DNA of 64,000 nt from a bacterium (GTDB lineage Bacteria; Eisenbacteria; RBG-16-71-46): positions 745 to 64,744 of the forward strand of contig JBJTRI010000033.1 in NCBI GenBank assembly GCA_046076045.1. The letters run 5' to 3'. Positions 38,048 to 47,153 of this stretch are shown one piece after another. The notes under the pieces were generated by a model. That model searched no databases. It worked only from the letters and a program-made list of their open reading frames with translations, and was not told the origin of the DNA. The position numbers and the translations under genes are program-made. The first letter of the stretch is position 1, and every line of letters begins with the position of its first letter.

Positions 38048-40498
38048 ATGCGTCCCTTCCTCCTGATCGTGCTGCTCGCCCTCGCGTCCGCCCCGGTCGT
38101 TCGAGCCGCGGACGAGCCCATCTACCGCACGCCGCCGTCGGTGGTCGCCGACCTGCTCACCGCCCCACGCGTCCCGCGCGGCGCTCCCAACGCCTCGCCC
38201 GACGGGGCGTGGCTCGCCGTGCCCGACCTGCGCTCGCTCATCCCGGTCGCCACGCTCGCCGAACCGGTGCAGCGGTTGGCCGGGCTCGAGGTGCTGCCGG
38301 GCCTGTGGGCCAACCGCGCATCGCTCAAGAACGCCGCGGCCGGGCTCACGTTCTACCGCGTCGCCGACGGTTCGCAGGTGCGCGCGCAGCTGCCGGCCGA
38401 CGTGCGCATGGGGCCGGTGCGCTGGTCGAGCCGCGGCGACCGCGTCGCGGTGGTGGCCTACGCCGAGGGCGGCGGTGAGCTGTGGATCGTGACCGCCGCC
38501 ACGGGCGAGGCGCGCCGTCTCGAGGGCGTGCGCCTGCACACGGTGAGCGGCGTACTCGAGTGGTCGAACGACGACTCGGCGCTGCTCGTCTCGCTGGTGG
38601 TGGACCGACCCGCGCCCGCCGCGTCGTCGCGCGTGCCCGAGGGGCCGGCCGTGCGGCGCTCGGCGGGGCGCCCGACGCCGCAGCGCGTCGCGCGTGACGT
38701 GCTGCGCACGCCCGAGGACCAGGCCGCGTTCGAGCACGTCGTGACCGCGCAGTTGGCGTGGGTGCCCGCTGCCGGCGGTGCGCCGCGTCCGTGGGGCGAG
38801 CCGGTCGCGCTCGCGGGTGCCACGCTGTCGCCCGACGAGCGCGTGCTGCTGGTGCGGCGGTTCGCGCGCCCGGCGCCGATCGGGTTCCCGGTCTCGTTGT
38901 TCCCGCGCCGGGTCGAGTTGTGGTCGGCCGACGGCGGTCCCGCGATCGTCGTGGGCGACGTGCCGCTCAACGACCGCAGTGCGATCGCGAGCGTGGCCCC
39001 GCTCGGGCCGCGCGAGTTCGCGTTCGCACCCGACGGTCGGTCGCTCTGGTACGTGAGCTGGCGCGACACGCCGGGGGCGAAGCCGCAGGCCGCGGTGCGC
39101 GACACCGCGCTGCCGCCGCCCGGCGACGACGTCGTGCTGCGGCTCGACGCGCCGTTCACGGGGGCCCCCGTCGAGGTCACCCGCACGACGTTCCCGGTCG
39201 AGGGCCTCATGTTCATCGCCGACGGTCGCAAGCTGATCGTCGAGGAGGGCTACGAGCCGCGCCGCGTCGAGCGCCAGTCGTGGCTGGATCCGCGCGACCC
39301 CGGCAAGCGACACACGCTCGTGTACCGTTCGACCGAGGGCGCGTACGACGCGCCGGGCGGGTTCGCGATGCGGCCCGCGCGTCACGGCTGGACGGTGTGG
39401 ACGACCGCCGACGGTCGCGCCTTCTACCGCATCGGTGAGGGCTATCGCGCCGACGGCCAGCGCCCGTTCCTCGACCGCGTCGCATTCGACGGCGGCGCGC
39501 GCACGCGCCTGTTCGAGAGCGCGCCCGACCGCCTCGAGGCCCCGGTGACGCTGCTGTCGGCCGACGGCCGCCGCTTCCTCACCCTGTCGCAGACCGCGAC
39601 CGAGACCCCGAACTGGTTCCTGCGCCGCGCCGGCGAGTCGAGCGCGGTCGCGGTGAGCGCGTTCCCCAACCCGGCCGAGGCGCTGTCGCGCGCCCAGCGC
39701 GACAAGTTCACGTTCCAGCGCGCGGACAGCGTCAATCTCAACGCCGAGGTCGTGCTGCCGCCGGGCTGGAAGCCCGCCGACGGCCCGCTGCCGACCGTGT
39801 TCTGGATCTACCCGAACGACTTCCGCTCGGCCGCGGCCGCATCGGAGAACCGCAGCTCGCCGCACCGCTTCCCGTCGCAGAGCGCGCTCAACCCCGAGGT
39901 GCTCGTCACGCAGGGCTACGCGGTGGTGAAGCCCGACCTCGCGATCGTCGGCACCAACGACCGTTACGTCGAGGAGCTGCAGCGCTCGGCGCAGGCGGCG
40001 GTGGACGAGTGCGTGCGTCGCGGGTTCACCGACCGCGACCGCATCGCGGTGGGCGGCCACTCGTACGGCGCGTTCTCGAGCGTCAACCTGCTCGCGCACA
40101 CGCGCCTGTTCCGGGCCGGGCTGGCGAGCGACGGCGCCTACAACCGCACGCTCACCCCGTTCACGTTCCAGGCCGAGACGCGCAACCTGTGGGAGGCGCG
40201 CGACACCTACCTGGGCATGTCGCCGTTCCTGTACGCCGACCGCATCGAGGCGCCGCTGCTGCTCATCCACAACCTCGACGACACCAACGTGGGTACGCAC
40301 CCCATGCAGAGCCAGCGGCTCTACGAGGCGCTGAACGGCCTCGGCAAGACCACGCTGCTCGTGGAGTACCCGTACGAGGATCACGGTCCGGTCGCGCGCG
40401 AGACCGTTCTCGACTACTGGGCGCGCGCTCTCGAGTGGTTCGACCGCTACGTGAAGGGCGCGGCCCCGCGCCCGGCGGGCGAGTCGCCGCGGCCCTGA
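38048..40498 (+). CDS. Secreted S9-family serine peptidase (beta-propeller + alpha/beta-hydrolase; prolyl oligopeptidase / acylaminoacyl-peptidase-like)
   Basis: Signal peptide. WSSRGDRVAVV-type propeller blades. Catalytic GGHSYGAF (GxSxG), with Asp/His in LIHNLDDTNV and YEDHGP. Confidence 0.8.
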   Translation: MRPFLLIVLLALASAPVVRAADEPIYRTPPSVVADLLTAPRVPRGAPNASPDGAWLAVPDLRSLIPVATLAEPVQRLAGLEVLPGLWANRASLKNAAAGLTFYRVADGSQVRAQLPADVRMGPVRWSSRGDRVAVVAYAEGGGELWIVTAATGEARRLEGVRLHTVSGVLEWSNDDSALLVSLVVDRPAPAASSRVPEGPAVRRSAGRPTPQRVARDVLRTPEDQAAFEHVVTAQLAWVPAAGGAPRPWGEPVALAGATLSPDERVLLVRRFARPAPIGFPVSLFPRRVELWSADGGPAIVVGDVPLNDRSAIASVAPLGPREFAFAPDGRSLWYVSWRDTPGAKPQAAVRDTALPPPGDDVVLRLDAPFTGAPVEVTRTTFPVEGLMFIADGRKLIVEEGYEPRRVERQSWLDPRDPGKRHTLVYRSTEGAYDAPGGFAMRPARHGWTVWTTADGRAFYRIGEGYRADGQRPFLDRVAFDGGARTRLFESAPDRLEAPVTLLSADGRRFLTLSQTATETPNWFLRRAGESSAVAVSAFPNPAEALSRAQRDKFTFQRADSVNLNAEVVLPPGWKPADGPLPTVFWIYPNDFRSAAAASENRSSPHRFPSQSALNPEVLVTQGYAVVKPDLAIVGTNDRYVEELQRSAQAAVDECVRRGFTDRDRIAVGGHSYGAFSSVNLLAHTRLFRAGLASDGAYNRTLTPFTFQAETRNLWEARDTYLGMSPFLYADRIEAPLLLIHNLDDTNVGTHPMQSQRLYEALNGLGKTTLLVEYPYEDHGPVARETVLDYWARALEWFDRYVKGAAPRPAGESPRP

Positions 40499-40629
40499 GA
40501 GGCTCGCTCGGGTGTCCCGGGGCCCGGGGGGCATGCCCCTCGGGCCCTTGGGCTTGCCGGGGTGCGCTGCGGTGGCGGGGCGCGCTGGCCGATGACGGTG
40601 GCACAAGCCGCACCGGGACTTGACCTTGA

Positions 40630-40665
40630 CCCTTCGCGGGCGCGGTCCCTAGACTCATCCGACGC
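40630..40665 (+). promoter_or_regulatory. Putative sigma70-like promoter upstream of paralog A
   Basis: Tandem TTGACC TTGACC, then an 18-nt spacer and TAGACT, ~55 nt upstream of the ATG at 40721. Confidence 0.35.
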
Positions 40666-40720
40666 GCTTCCCGCAGTTCCCCCGTCCGGGCCTCCCGGCC
40701 CGCTCCGGAGATCCCACCCG

Positions 40721-42178
40721 ATGAAGTCCCTGCTCTCGCGTTGGCTGGCGGTCGTCGCGGCCCTCGCGCTCGCCGCGTCCGTGCTCGGCGCGGCCACGAC
40801 CCCCCGCAAGGTGGTCGAGCCCGACAAGCTGATCATCCTGTCCACCACCGACGTCAAGGGCAAGAACGAGCCCTGTGGTTGACACACCCCCAAAGGGGGT
40901 CTCGCCCGGCGGGCGAGTTTCGCGGACAGCATCAAGGTGCAGTACGGGCAGGTCCTGCTCGTGGACAATGGCGGCTTCTTCCCCGAGGAGCCGGACAGCC
41001 TGTACCGGGACAAGGCGTGGTTCCTGATGGACGGCGCCGTGCTCCTGGGTACGGACGCGACCGGCATGAGCGAGAAGGAGCTCAAGTACGGCCGTGGCTG
41101 GCTGCTGGCGCAGCTCAAGCGCTCGCGCCTGCCTATGGTGTGCGCCAACGTCTGGGACAAGACCACCAAGAAGACGCTCGTGCAGCCCTACACGATCGTG
41201 CGCAAGGGCACGGTCAACGTGGGCATCTTCGCGCTCACGAGCGACAAGGTGGACATGGGCCCGGCGCGGGACTCGCTCACGGTCGAGGACCCGGCCGTCG
41301 CCGCGCAGCGCACCGTCGCCGAGCTGCGCAAGAAGGGCGCGACCGTCATCGTGCTGCTCTCGAGCCTCGGCAAGGTCGAGAGCGAGGACCTGGTGACCGC
41401 CGTGGACGGCATCGACGTGCTCGTCGCGGGCCGCAACGTGCCGGTGGTGCAGCGCGGTCGCATGATCAAGAACACCATCGCGTGCTACGGCGGCGAGCAG
41501 GGCCAGCACATCGGCCGCACCATCGTGACGCTCGATGCCGCACGCCGCATGACCACGGGTGAGAACGACGTGTTCGTGCTCGGGCCCGAGGTGGGCGAGA
41601 AGCCCGAGATCCTGCAGCTCGTGAAGAGCTTCAACGACGCCTTCAACGACAAGATGCGCAAGATCGAGAAGGAGCGCGCGGCCCGCGCGGCCCTGCAGAC
41701 GGGCGGCGAGACCAACGCGCAGGCGCAGATGTCGGCCGACCACTACGTCGGCATGGAGGTCTGCATCCGCTGCCACCAGCCCGAGTACCAGCAGTGGCTC
41801 AAGACCGGTCACGCCAAGGCGTGGGAGACGCTGGTCGAGGACAAGAAGGAGTCCACGCCCGAGTGCATCGGCTGCCACGTCGTGGGCTACAAGCAGCCGG
41901 GTGGGTTCCAGACCGCGGACGACGCCCCGAAGCTGGCCGACGTCCAGTGCGAGAACTGCCACGGCATGGGCACGCAGCACGAGGCGTACGCCACGGTGCC
42001 GCAGAAGGTGACCGAGGCGACGTGCGTGAGCTGCCACAACGCCACGACGAGCCCCAACTTCAGCTTCGCGGTGTTCCAGCCGCACGTGGTGCACAGGCCG
42101 CCCGCCGTGCTGCCGCCGCTGCCGGTCAATCCCGCCAAGATGAAGATGAAGCAGGGCACGATGGGCGGTTCGAAGTAA
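40721..42178 (+). CDS. Paralog A: secreted fusion of a degenerate 5'-nucleotidase/metallophosphoesterase-like domain and a C-terminal tetraheme cytochrome c (4 CxxCH); contains an in-frame TGA (codon 54, nt 40880-40882) aligned to Cys in paralog B, i.e. a candidate selenocysteine, otherwise a pseudogene
   Basis: ATG at 40721 (GGAG upstream) and signal peptide MKSLLSRWLAVVAALALAAS. Sequence runs PCG-TGA-HTPKGGLARRASF in A versus PCGCHTPKGGLARRATF in B. The frame continues with full-length paralog similarity and heme motifs CIRCH, CIGCH, CENCH, CVSCH. Confidence 0.6.
40883..40917 (+). other. Two consecutive stable hairpins immediately 3' of the in-frame UGA (SECIS-like candidate)
   Basis: acccccaaagggggt (6-bp stem) then ctcgccc-ggc-gggcgag (7-bp stem, G-rich apical loop), with the second apex ~27 nt after the UGA. 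The equivalent region in paralog B is less structured. Confidence 0.35.
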
Positions 42179-42204
42179 CCGTCGTCCCACCGGAGTGATC
42201 CCGG

Positions 42205-42234
42205 AGCCCCCGCGGACCCGCGTCCGCGGGGGCT
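42205..42234 (+). terminator. Intrinsic-terminator-like hairpin after paralog A
   Basis: agcccccgcggac-ccgc-gtccgcgggggct (13-bp perfect stem) followed by tcc/ttc. Confidence 0.5.
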
Positions 42235-42353
42235 TCCGGTCGTCACGCTTGACGCTCGTTCCGGCGCGCACCTAACTTGCCCTCGGCCCAGAGCATGCGG
42301 CCCCCGACGCACCCGGGGCGCGCCGGCCGCTCCCATGTCCCATCCCCTTCCTC

Positions 42354-43757
42354 ATGGAGCGACCCGTGAAGACCCTCGAGGGCGTCCAGTACTTCGAGTC
42401 CATCCTCGACACCGTCGGCCACACCCCGCTCGTCCGCCTGCGCAAGGTCGCGGCGGGCCTGCCCTGCCCGGTGCTCGCCAAGGTCGAGTTCTTCAACCCC
42501 GGCGGGAGCGTGAAGGACCGCATCGGGCTCGCCATGGTGGAGGCGGCCGAGCGCGAGGGGCGGCTCAAGCCGGGCGGCACGATCGTGGAGTGCACCTCGG
42601 GTAACACCGGGCTCGGCTTGGCCATGGTCGCCGCGGTCAAGGGCTACCGCGCGGCGTTCTGCATGCCCGACAAGGTCTCGAGCGAGAAGGTCAACCTGCT
42701 CAAGGCGTTCGGCGCCGAGGTGTTCCTGAGCCCCACGGCCGTCGAGCCTGAGCACCCGGACAGCTACTACAGCGTCGCCAAGCGCATCTCGTCGGAGCGC
42801 CCCGGCGCGGTGCTCATGAACCAGTACCACAACCCCGCGAACCCGGCCGCGCACTACCGCAGCACGGGCCCCGAGTTGTGGGAACAGACGAAGGGCCGCA
42901 TCACGCACTTCGTCGCCGGCATGGGGACGGGGGGCACGATCAGCGGCACCGGCCGATACCTGAAGGAGCGCAATCCCAAGGTGCAGGTGATCGGGGCCGA
43001 CCCCGTGGGCTCGATCCTCAAGCACTACAAGGAGACGGGCGAGATGTCCGAGGCGCACACCTACAAGATCGAGGGTGTGGGCGAGGACTTCATCCCGACC
43101 GCGACCGACTTCGACGTGGTGGACCGCGTCCTGAGTTGCAACGACCACGACGGCCTCAACATGGCCCGCACACTGGCACGCGAGGAGGCCATCTTCGTGG
43201 GTGGTTCGGCCGGCATGGCGGCGTGGGTCGCGCTCGAGGTCGCGAAGGACTGCGGTCCCGACGACCTCGTGGTGGTGCTGCTGCCCGACACCGGCGAGCG
43301 CTACCTCACCAAGGTGCACAACGACGAGTGGATGCGCGACAACCACCTGCTCGACCCGCGCTCGATCCGCGTCGGGACCATCGCCTCGGGCAAGGCGGCG
43401 CGCGTGCGCACGCTGTTCAAGGTCGAAGCGGGCGAGCCGATCAAGCGCGCGCTCGCGCTCATCCAGCAGCACGACGTCTCGCAGTTGCCGGTGTTCCGCG
43501 GCGCCGAGGTGGTGGGTACGCTCGAGGAGAGCGACGTGCTGCGCACCGCGCTCGCCGATCCCGGCTCGATCGATCGTCCGGTGGACTCCATCATGGCGCC
43601 GGCGCTCCCCGTCGTGGGTGCGGCCGAGCCGGCCGACGTGGTCGCCAAGCTGCTCGCGTCGCGGCACCCGGCGGTGCTGGTGCGCGGTGAGAGCGGCGTG
43701 GTGCAGGGCATCCTGACGCGCTTCGACATGCTGCAGTTCATCGCGGGAGGGGAGTGA
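42354..43757 (+). CDS. Cystathionine beta-synthase (PLP cysteine-synthase fold + tandem CBS domains)
   Basis: PLP-lysine motif GGSVKDR, glycine loop GMGTGGTISG, and a C-terminal Bateman pair (two CBS motifs). A possible promoter TTGACG-N17-CTAACT sits at ~42250-42285. Confidence 0.8.
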   Translation: MERPVKTLEGVQYFESILDTVGHTPLVRLRKVAAGLPCPVLAKVEFFNPGGSVKDRIGLAMVEAAEREGRLKPGGTIVECTSGNTGLGLAMVAAVKGYRAAFCMPDKVSSEKVNLLKAFGAEVFLSPTAVEPEHPDSYYSVAKRISSERPGAVLMNQYHNPANPAAHYRSTGPELWEQTKGRITHFVAGMGTGGTISGTGRYLKERNPKVQVIGADPVGSILKHYKETGEMSEAHTYKIEGVGEDFIPTATDFDVVDRVLSCNDHDGLNMARTLAREEAIFVGGSAGMAAWVALEVAKDCGPDDLVVVLLPDTGERYLTKVHNDEWMRDNHLLDPRSIRVGTIASGKAARVRTLFKVEAGEPIKRALALIQQHDVSQLPVFRGAEVVGTLEESDVLRTALADPGSIDRPVDSIMAPALPVVGAAEPADVVAKLLASRHPAVLVRGESGVVQGILTRFDMLQFIAGGE

Positions 43758-44923
43758 TGGCGCACGTCCACGACAAGTCCGGGATCGGCACCAAGGCGAT
43801 CCACGCGGGCCAGCATCCCGACCCCACGACCGGCGCCGTGATGACGCCCATCTACCAGACGAGCACCTACGCCCAGGAGGCGCTCGGGCGCCACAAGGGT
43901 TTCGAGTACGCGCGCACGCACAACGCCACGCGCGCCGCGCTCGAGGGCAACCTCGCCGGGCTCGAGGGTGCGCGCCACGGGCTGTCGTTCGGCTCGGGGC
44001 TCGCGGCCACCAACGCGCTCATGCAGACGCTGTCCGCGGGCGACCACGTCGTGTGCGGGCAGAACACCTACGGCGGCACGTTCCGCCTGTTCGACAAGGT
44101 CTGGAAGCGCCACGGTCTGTCGTTCACGTTCGTGGACGCGACCTCGACCGAGGCCATCGCGGCCGCGTTCCAGCCCACCACCCGCATGGTGTTCGTCGAG
44201 ACGCCCACCAACCCGCTCATGCAGCTCACCGACATCGCCGCGGTGGTGGCGGTCGCGAAGCCGCGCGGCATCACGGTGGTGGTGGACAACACGTTCATGA
44301 CGCCGTACTTCCAGCGGCCGCTCGAGCTGGGTGCCGACGTGGTGTTCCACTCGGTGACCAAGTACCTGAACGGGCACAGCGACATGATCGGCGGCGCGCT
44401 GCTCACGAGCGACGACGCGCTGCACGAGCAGCTGCGGTTCCTGCAGAACGCCGCCGGTGCGGTGCCGGGACCCATGGACTGCTTCCTGTGCCTGCGTGGC
44501 ACCAAGACGCTGGCGGTCCGCATGCAGCGTCACGACGAGAACGCGCGCGAACTGGCGGCGCGGCTCGAGCGTCACCCCAAGGTCTCGAAGGTGTTCTACC
44601 CCGGGCTCGTCAGCCATCCGCAGCACGAGCTCGCCAAGCGTCAGGCGAGTGGTTTCGGCGGCATGATCTCGTTCGTGCCCGGCGACGGCTCGCTCGACGC
44701 GGGGCGTGCGGTGTTCGACCGCTTCCGGTTGTTCACGCGCGCCGAGAGTCTGGGCGGCGTCGAGAGTCTGGTCTGTCACCCGGCCTCGATGACGCACGCC
44801 TCGGTGCCGCGCGAGCGTCGGCTCGCGATGGGCTTCCCCGACGGGTTGTTGCGGTTGTCGGTCGGCATCGAGGACCTCGCCGACCTGACCGAGGATCTGG
44901 GGTATGCGCTCGGTTCGGCCTGA
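43757..44923 (+). CDS. Cystathionine gamma-lyase / gamma-synthase family PLP enzyme
   Basis: Start overlaps the CBS stop (GTG 43754 or ATG 43757; SD GGGAGGGGAG). PLP-lysine motif SVTKYLNGHSD. Cys/Met-metabolism PLP family. Confidence 0.8.
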   Translation: MAHVHDKSGIGTKAIHAGQHPDPTTGAVMTPIYQTSTYAQEALGRHKGFEYARTHNATRAALEGNLAGLEGARHGLSFGSGLAATNALMQTLSAGDHVVCGQNTYGGTFRLFDKVWKRHGLSFTFVDATSTEAIAAAFQPTTRMVFVETPTNPLMQLTDIAAVVAVAKPRGITVVVDNTFMTPYFQRPLELGADVVFHSVTKYLNGHSDMIGGALLTSDDALHEQLRFLQNAAGAVPGPMDCFLCLRGTKTLAVRMQRHDENARELAARLERHPKVSKVFYPGLVSHPQHELAKRQASGFGGMISFVPGDGSLDAGRAVFDRFRLFTRAESLGGVESLVCHPASMTHASVPRERRLAMGFPDGLLRLSVGIEDLADLTEDLGYALGSA

Positions 44924-46304
44924 CCTCGTCCGCGGGCTCGTGCTCGTCGCGCTGCTCGTGGGGGGCGCGGGGTGCGCGCGTCCGCGTGGCGGGTTGGTGG
45001 TGGCGACCAGCAACGACCTGCAGGGCAAGACGAGCCCGTGCGGCTGCCACACGCCCAAGGGCGGGCTCGCGCGCCGGGCCACGTTCGTGGACAGCCTGCG
45101 CGCCGCGGGGCGCGAGGTGCTGGTGCTCGACGCGGGCGGGTTCTTCCCGGTCACCGACGACGAGCGCGACGCGGGGCCGTTCGTGCTCGAGGAACTGGGG
45201 CGTCAGGGCACCGTGGCCGCGGGCGTGGGGCCGAACGAACTGCGCTTCGGCTACTCGTTCGTGCGCGAGCGCGCCCGCGCCGCCGACGTGGCCCTGCTGT
45301 GCGCGAACCTGGTGCGGTTCGAGACCGGCGCGCCCGCGTTCGAGGGCTGGCGCACGTTCGAACGTGCCGGGGTGCGGGTGGGCGTGTTCGGCCTCATGGC
45401 TGAGGGCGCCGACATGGGCCCGGCGCGCGACTCGCTGCGCGTGGACCCGGTCGAGCCGGCGGCCCGGCGCGCGGTCGAGGCGCTGCGCGCCGACGGGGCG
45501 CAGGTCGTGGTGCTGCTCTCGCAGCTCGGGCGCGCCCAGGGCGAGAGCCTCGCGGTGCGCGTGCCCGGGATCGACCTCGTGGTGGGCGGCGGCGGCGTGC
45601 CGCACCTCGACGACGGGGTGCGCGTGGGCGACGCGACCGCGGTGTACGGCGGGCACCAGGGTTGGTACATGGGGGTGACCGAGGTGCGGGCGGCAGGGAC
45701 GGGCCGCGCGGAGCTCGCGGTCCGCACCCACATGCTCGGACCCGGCGTGCGCGACCAGCGCGCGACCGCGGCCGCGGTGAAGGTGTTCGAGGACTCGCTC
45801 AACGCCCGCATGCGGCGACGCGACGCCGAACTCGCCGCCGGGACGAAGCCGGGGGCGCGCCCCGAGCACTACGTGGGCATGTCGAACTGCGTCCGCTGCC
45901 ACAAGCAGGAGTACGCGCAGTGGGCCACCACGGCCCACGCCCGCGCGTGGAAGACGCTGGTGGACCTGCAGAAGGAGTCCACGCCCGCGTGCGTGGGCTG
46001 CCACGTGACCGGCTACCGCCAGCCGGGCGGGTTCCGCACCGCCGAGGACGCGGCGCGTCTGGCCAACGTGCAGTGCGAGTCGTGCCACGGCATGGGGACC
46101 GACCATCGCGAGTGGCAGGAGAACGGCAACACGGTGGCCGAGGCGGTCTGCCGCACCTGTCACACCCCCACGACCAGTCCCGGGTTCACCATGGCGGCGT
46201 ACCGCCCGCACGTGCTGCACACCCCGCCGGCCGACCTGCGACCGCTGCCCGAGAGCCCCGCGAAGAAGCTCATGCGGGAAGGGGCCGACCCGCACGGGAA
46301 GTGA
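44904..46304 (+). CDS. Paralog B: lipoprotein fusion of a degenerate 5'-nucleotidase-like domain and a C-terminal tetraheme cytochrome c, with Cys (CGCH) at the position of the TGA in paralog A
   Basis: ATG at 44904 overlaps the upstream gene end by 20 nt. Lipobox LLVGGAGC. NDLQGK..GGLARRATF..GPNELRF echoes the 5'-NT motifs without the His ligands. Heme motifs CVRCH, CVGCH, CESCH, CRTCH. Confidence 0.65.
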   Translation: MRSVRPDLVRGLVLVALLVGGAGCARPRGGLVVATSNDLQGKTSPCGCHTPKGGLARRATFVDSLRAAGREVLVLDAGGFFPVTDDERDAGPFVLEELGRQGTVAAGVGPNELRFGYSFVRERARAADVALLCANLVRFETGAPAFEGWRTFERAGVRVGVFGLMAEGADMGPARDSLRVDPVEPAARRAVEALRADGAQVVVLLSQLGRAQGESLAVRVPGIDLVVGGGGVPHLDDGVRVGDATAVYGGHQGWYMGVTEVRAAGTGRAELAVRTHMLGPGVRDQRATAAAVKVFEDSLNARMRRRDAELAAGTKPGARPEHYVGMSNCVRCHKQEYAQWATTAHARAWKTLVDLQKESTPACVGCHVTGYRQPGGFRTAEDAARLANVQCESCHGMGTDHREWQENGNTVAEAVCRTCHTPTTSPGFTMAAYRPHVLHTPPADLRPLPESPAKKLMREGADPHGK

Positions 46305-46463
46305 CGATCCGCCGAACGGGCTGCGGTGACCGGACCAGCGGCGTCGGGGTCGCCCGCCACGGAGGAGGGACGAGCGGTCAGCGGTCCCTAACCGTCTATG
46401 TCAAGGTTTTGTCAGGGTTTGATTCCCGGCCCTTGCTGCGGCCCTTGCCGGGGGCCGGTCGGG

Positions 46464-46492
46464 TTGACAAGGTCCGGGGTGGAACATAGCCT
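46464..46492 (+). promoter_or_regulatory. Putative sigma70-like promoter in the low-GC intergenic region
   Basis: Consensus -35 TTGACA, 17-nt spacer, then TAGCCT (T1, A2, T6 conserved). Upstream are tandem TGTCA(A/G)GGTTT half-sites at 46398-46419. A ~200-nt leader would precede the ATG at 46712. Confidence 0.35.
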
Positions 46493-46711
46493 GCAACCGC
46501 TTCGAGGGAGGGTGTCCACCTCGCGAGAGGGGCGCCTTGGCCGCGATCAAAACCGCATACGCGCATGGACGCAGCCTGCCCGACACCGCTCGAGGTTCTA
46601 CAGTGGTGTCTTTTCATGGGCACCCATTGTCATCGAAAACACTGGAAAACACGGCCGTTCCCGGCGAATGCCCGGAGGACGGCAGCGTGGAAGGAGGTGA
46701 ACGTGCACACG

Positions 46712-46894
46712 ATGCGTAAGCTCTTTGCTCTGGCGCTCATGGCCCTGGCCCTCGCGTTCGTCGCGGTGGGTTGTGGCAACAAGACCGAGACGCCTGCCGA
46801 GACCGCCACGGAGGCTCCTTCGGAGACGGTCGATACGACGGCTATGGCTGCGGATACCACCGCCGCCGCTGCCGATACGACGGCGGCCCACTAA
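46712..46894 (+). CDS. Tiny lipoprotein (60 aa) with a Thr/Ala-rich repetitive tail
   Basis: Perfect SD AAGGAGGTGA (alternative GTG start at 46703). Lipobox AFVAVGC. Tail TTAMAADTTAAAADTTAAH. TAA stop and lower GC3 than the rest of the genome. Confidence 0.6.
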   Translation: MRKLFALALMALALAFVAVGCGNKTETPAETATEAPSETVDTTAMAADTTAAAADTTAAH

Positions 46895-46921
46895 GGTCGA
46901 CGTTGGCACGTGTGTCACCCG

Positions 46922-46960
46922 GGGGGAGTCGCGTTCCACGCGACTCCCCTTCGGCTTTCC
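46922..46960 (+). terminator. Rho-independent terminator
   Basis: ggggggagtcgcg-ttcca-cgcgactcccc (11-12 bp stem) followed by ttcggctttcc, starting 28 nt after the TAA. Confidence 0.65.
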
Positions 46961-47153
46961 GGCCCCGATGCAACCCGGCCGTCGCCACGCGCGTAGCACG
47001 AACATGTGGTCGCGTTCCCGTGCCCTCCGGCGTACCCGGTGCGGCAGGGGCGTCCGCCCCCTCGGACCGGGGCAGCGTTCCCGGTCCGGCGCCGGATCAC
47101 CGGACGGGGGTGGGGGCCCGAATCCCCAGTCGAAGCGACGAGCGGAGGTTGCC

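Noticed and set aside
40937-42178. Treating 40937-42178 (first Met after the TGA) as the real gene and 40562-40882 as a separate small ORF
   Set aside because: Paralog B aligns continuously across the TGA, with identical flanking residues. The downstream ATG would yield a protein lacking its signal peptide and half of a domain. It is kept only as the fallback (pseudogene/reinitiation) interpretation.
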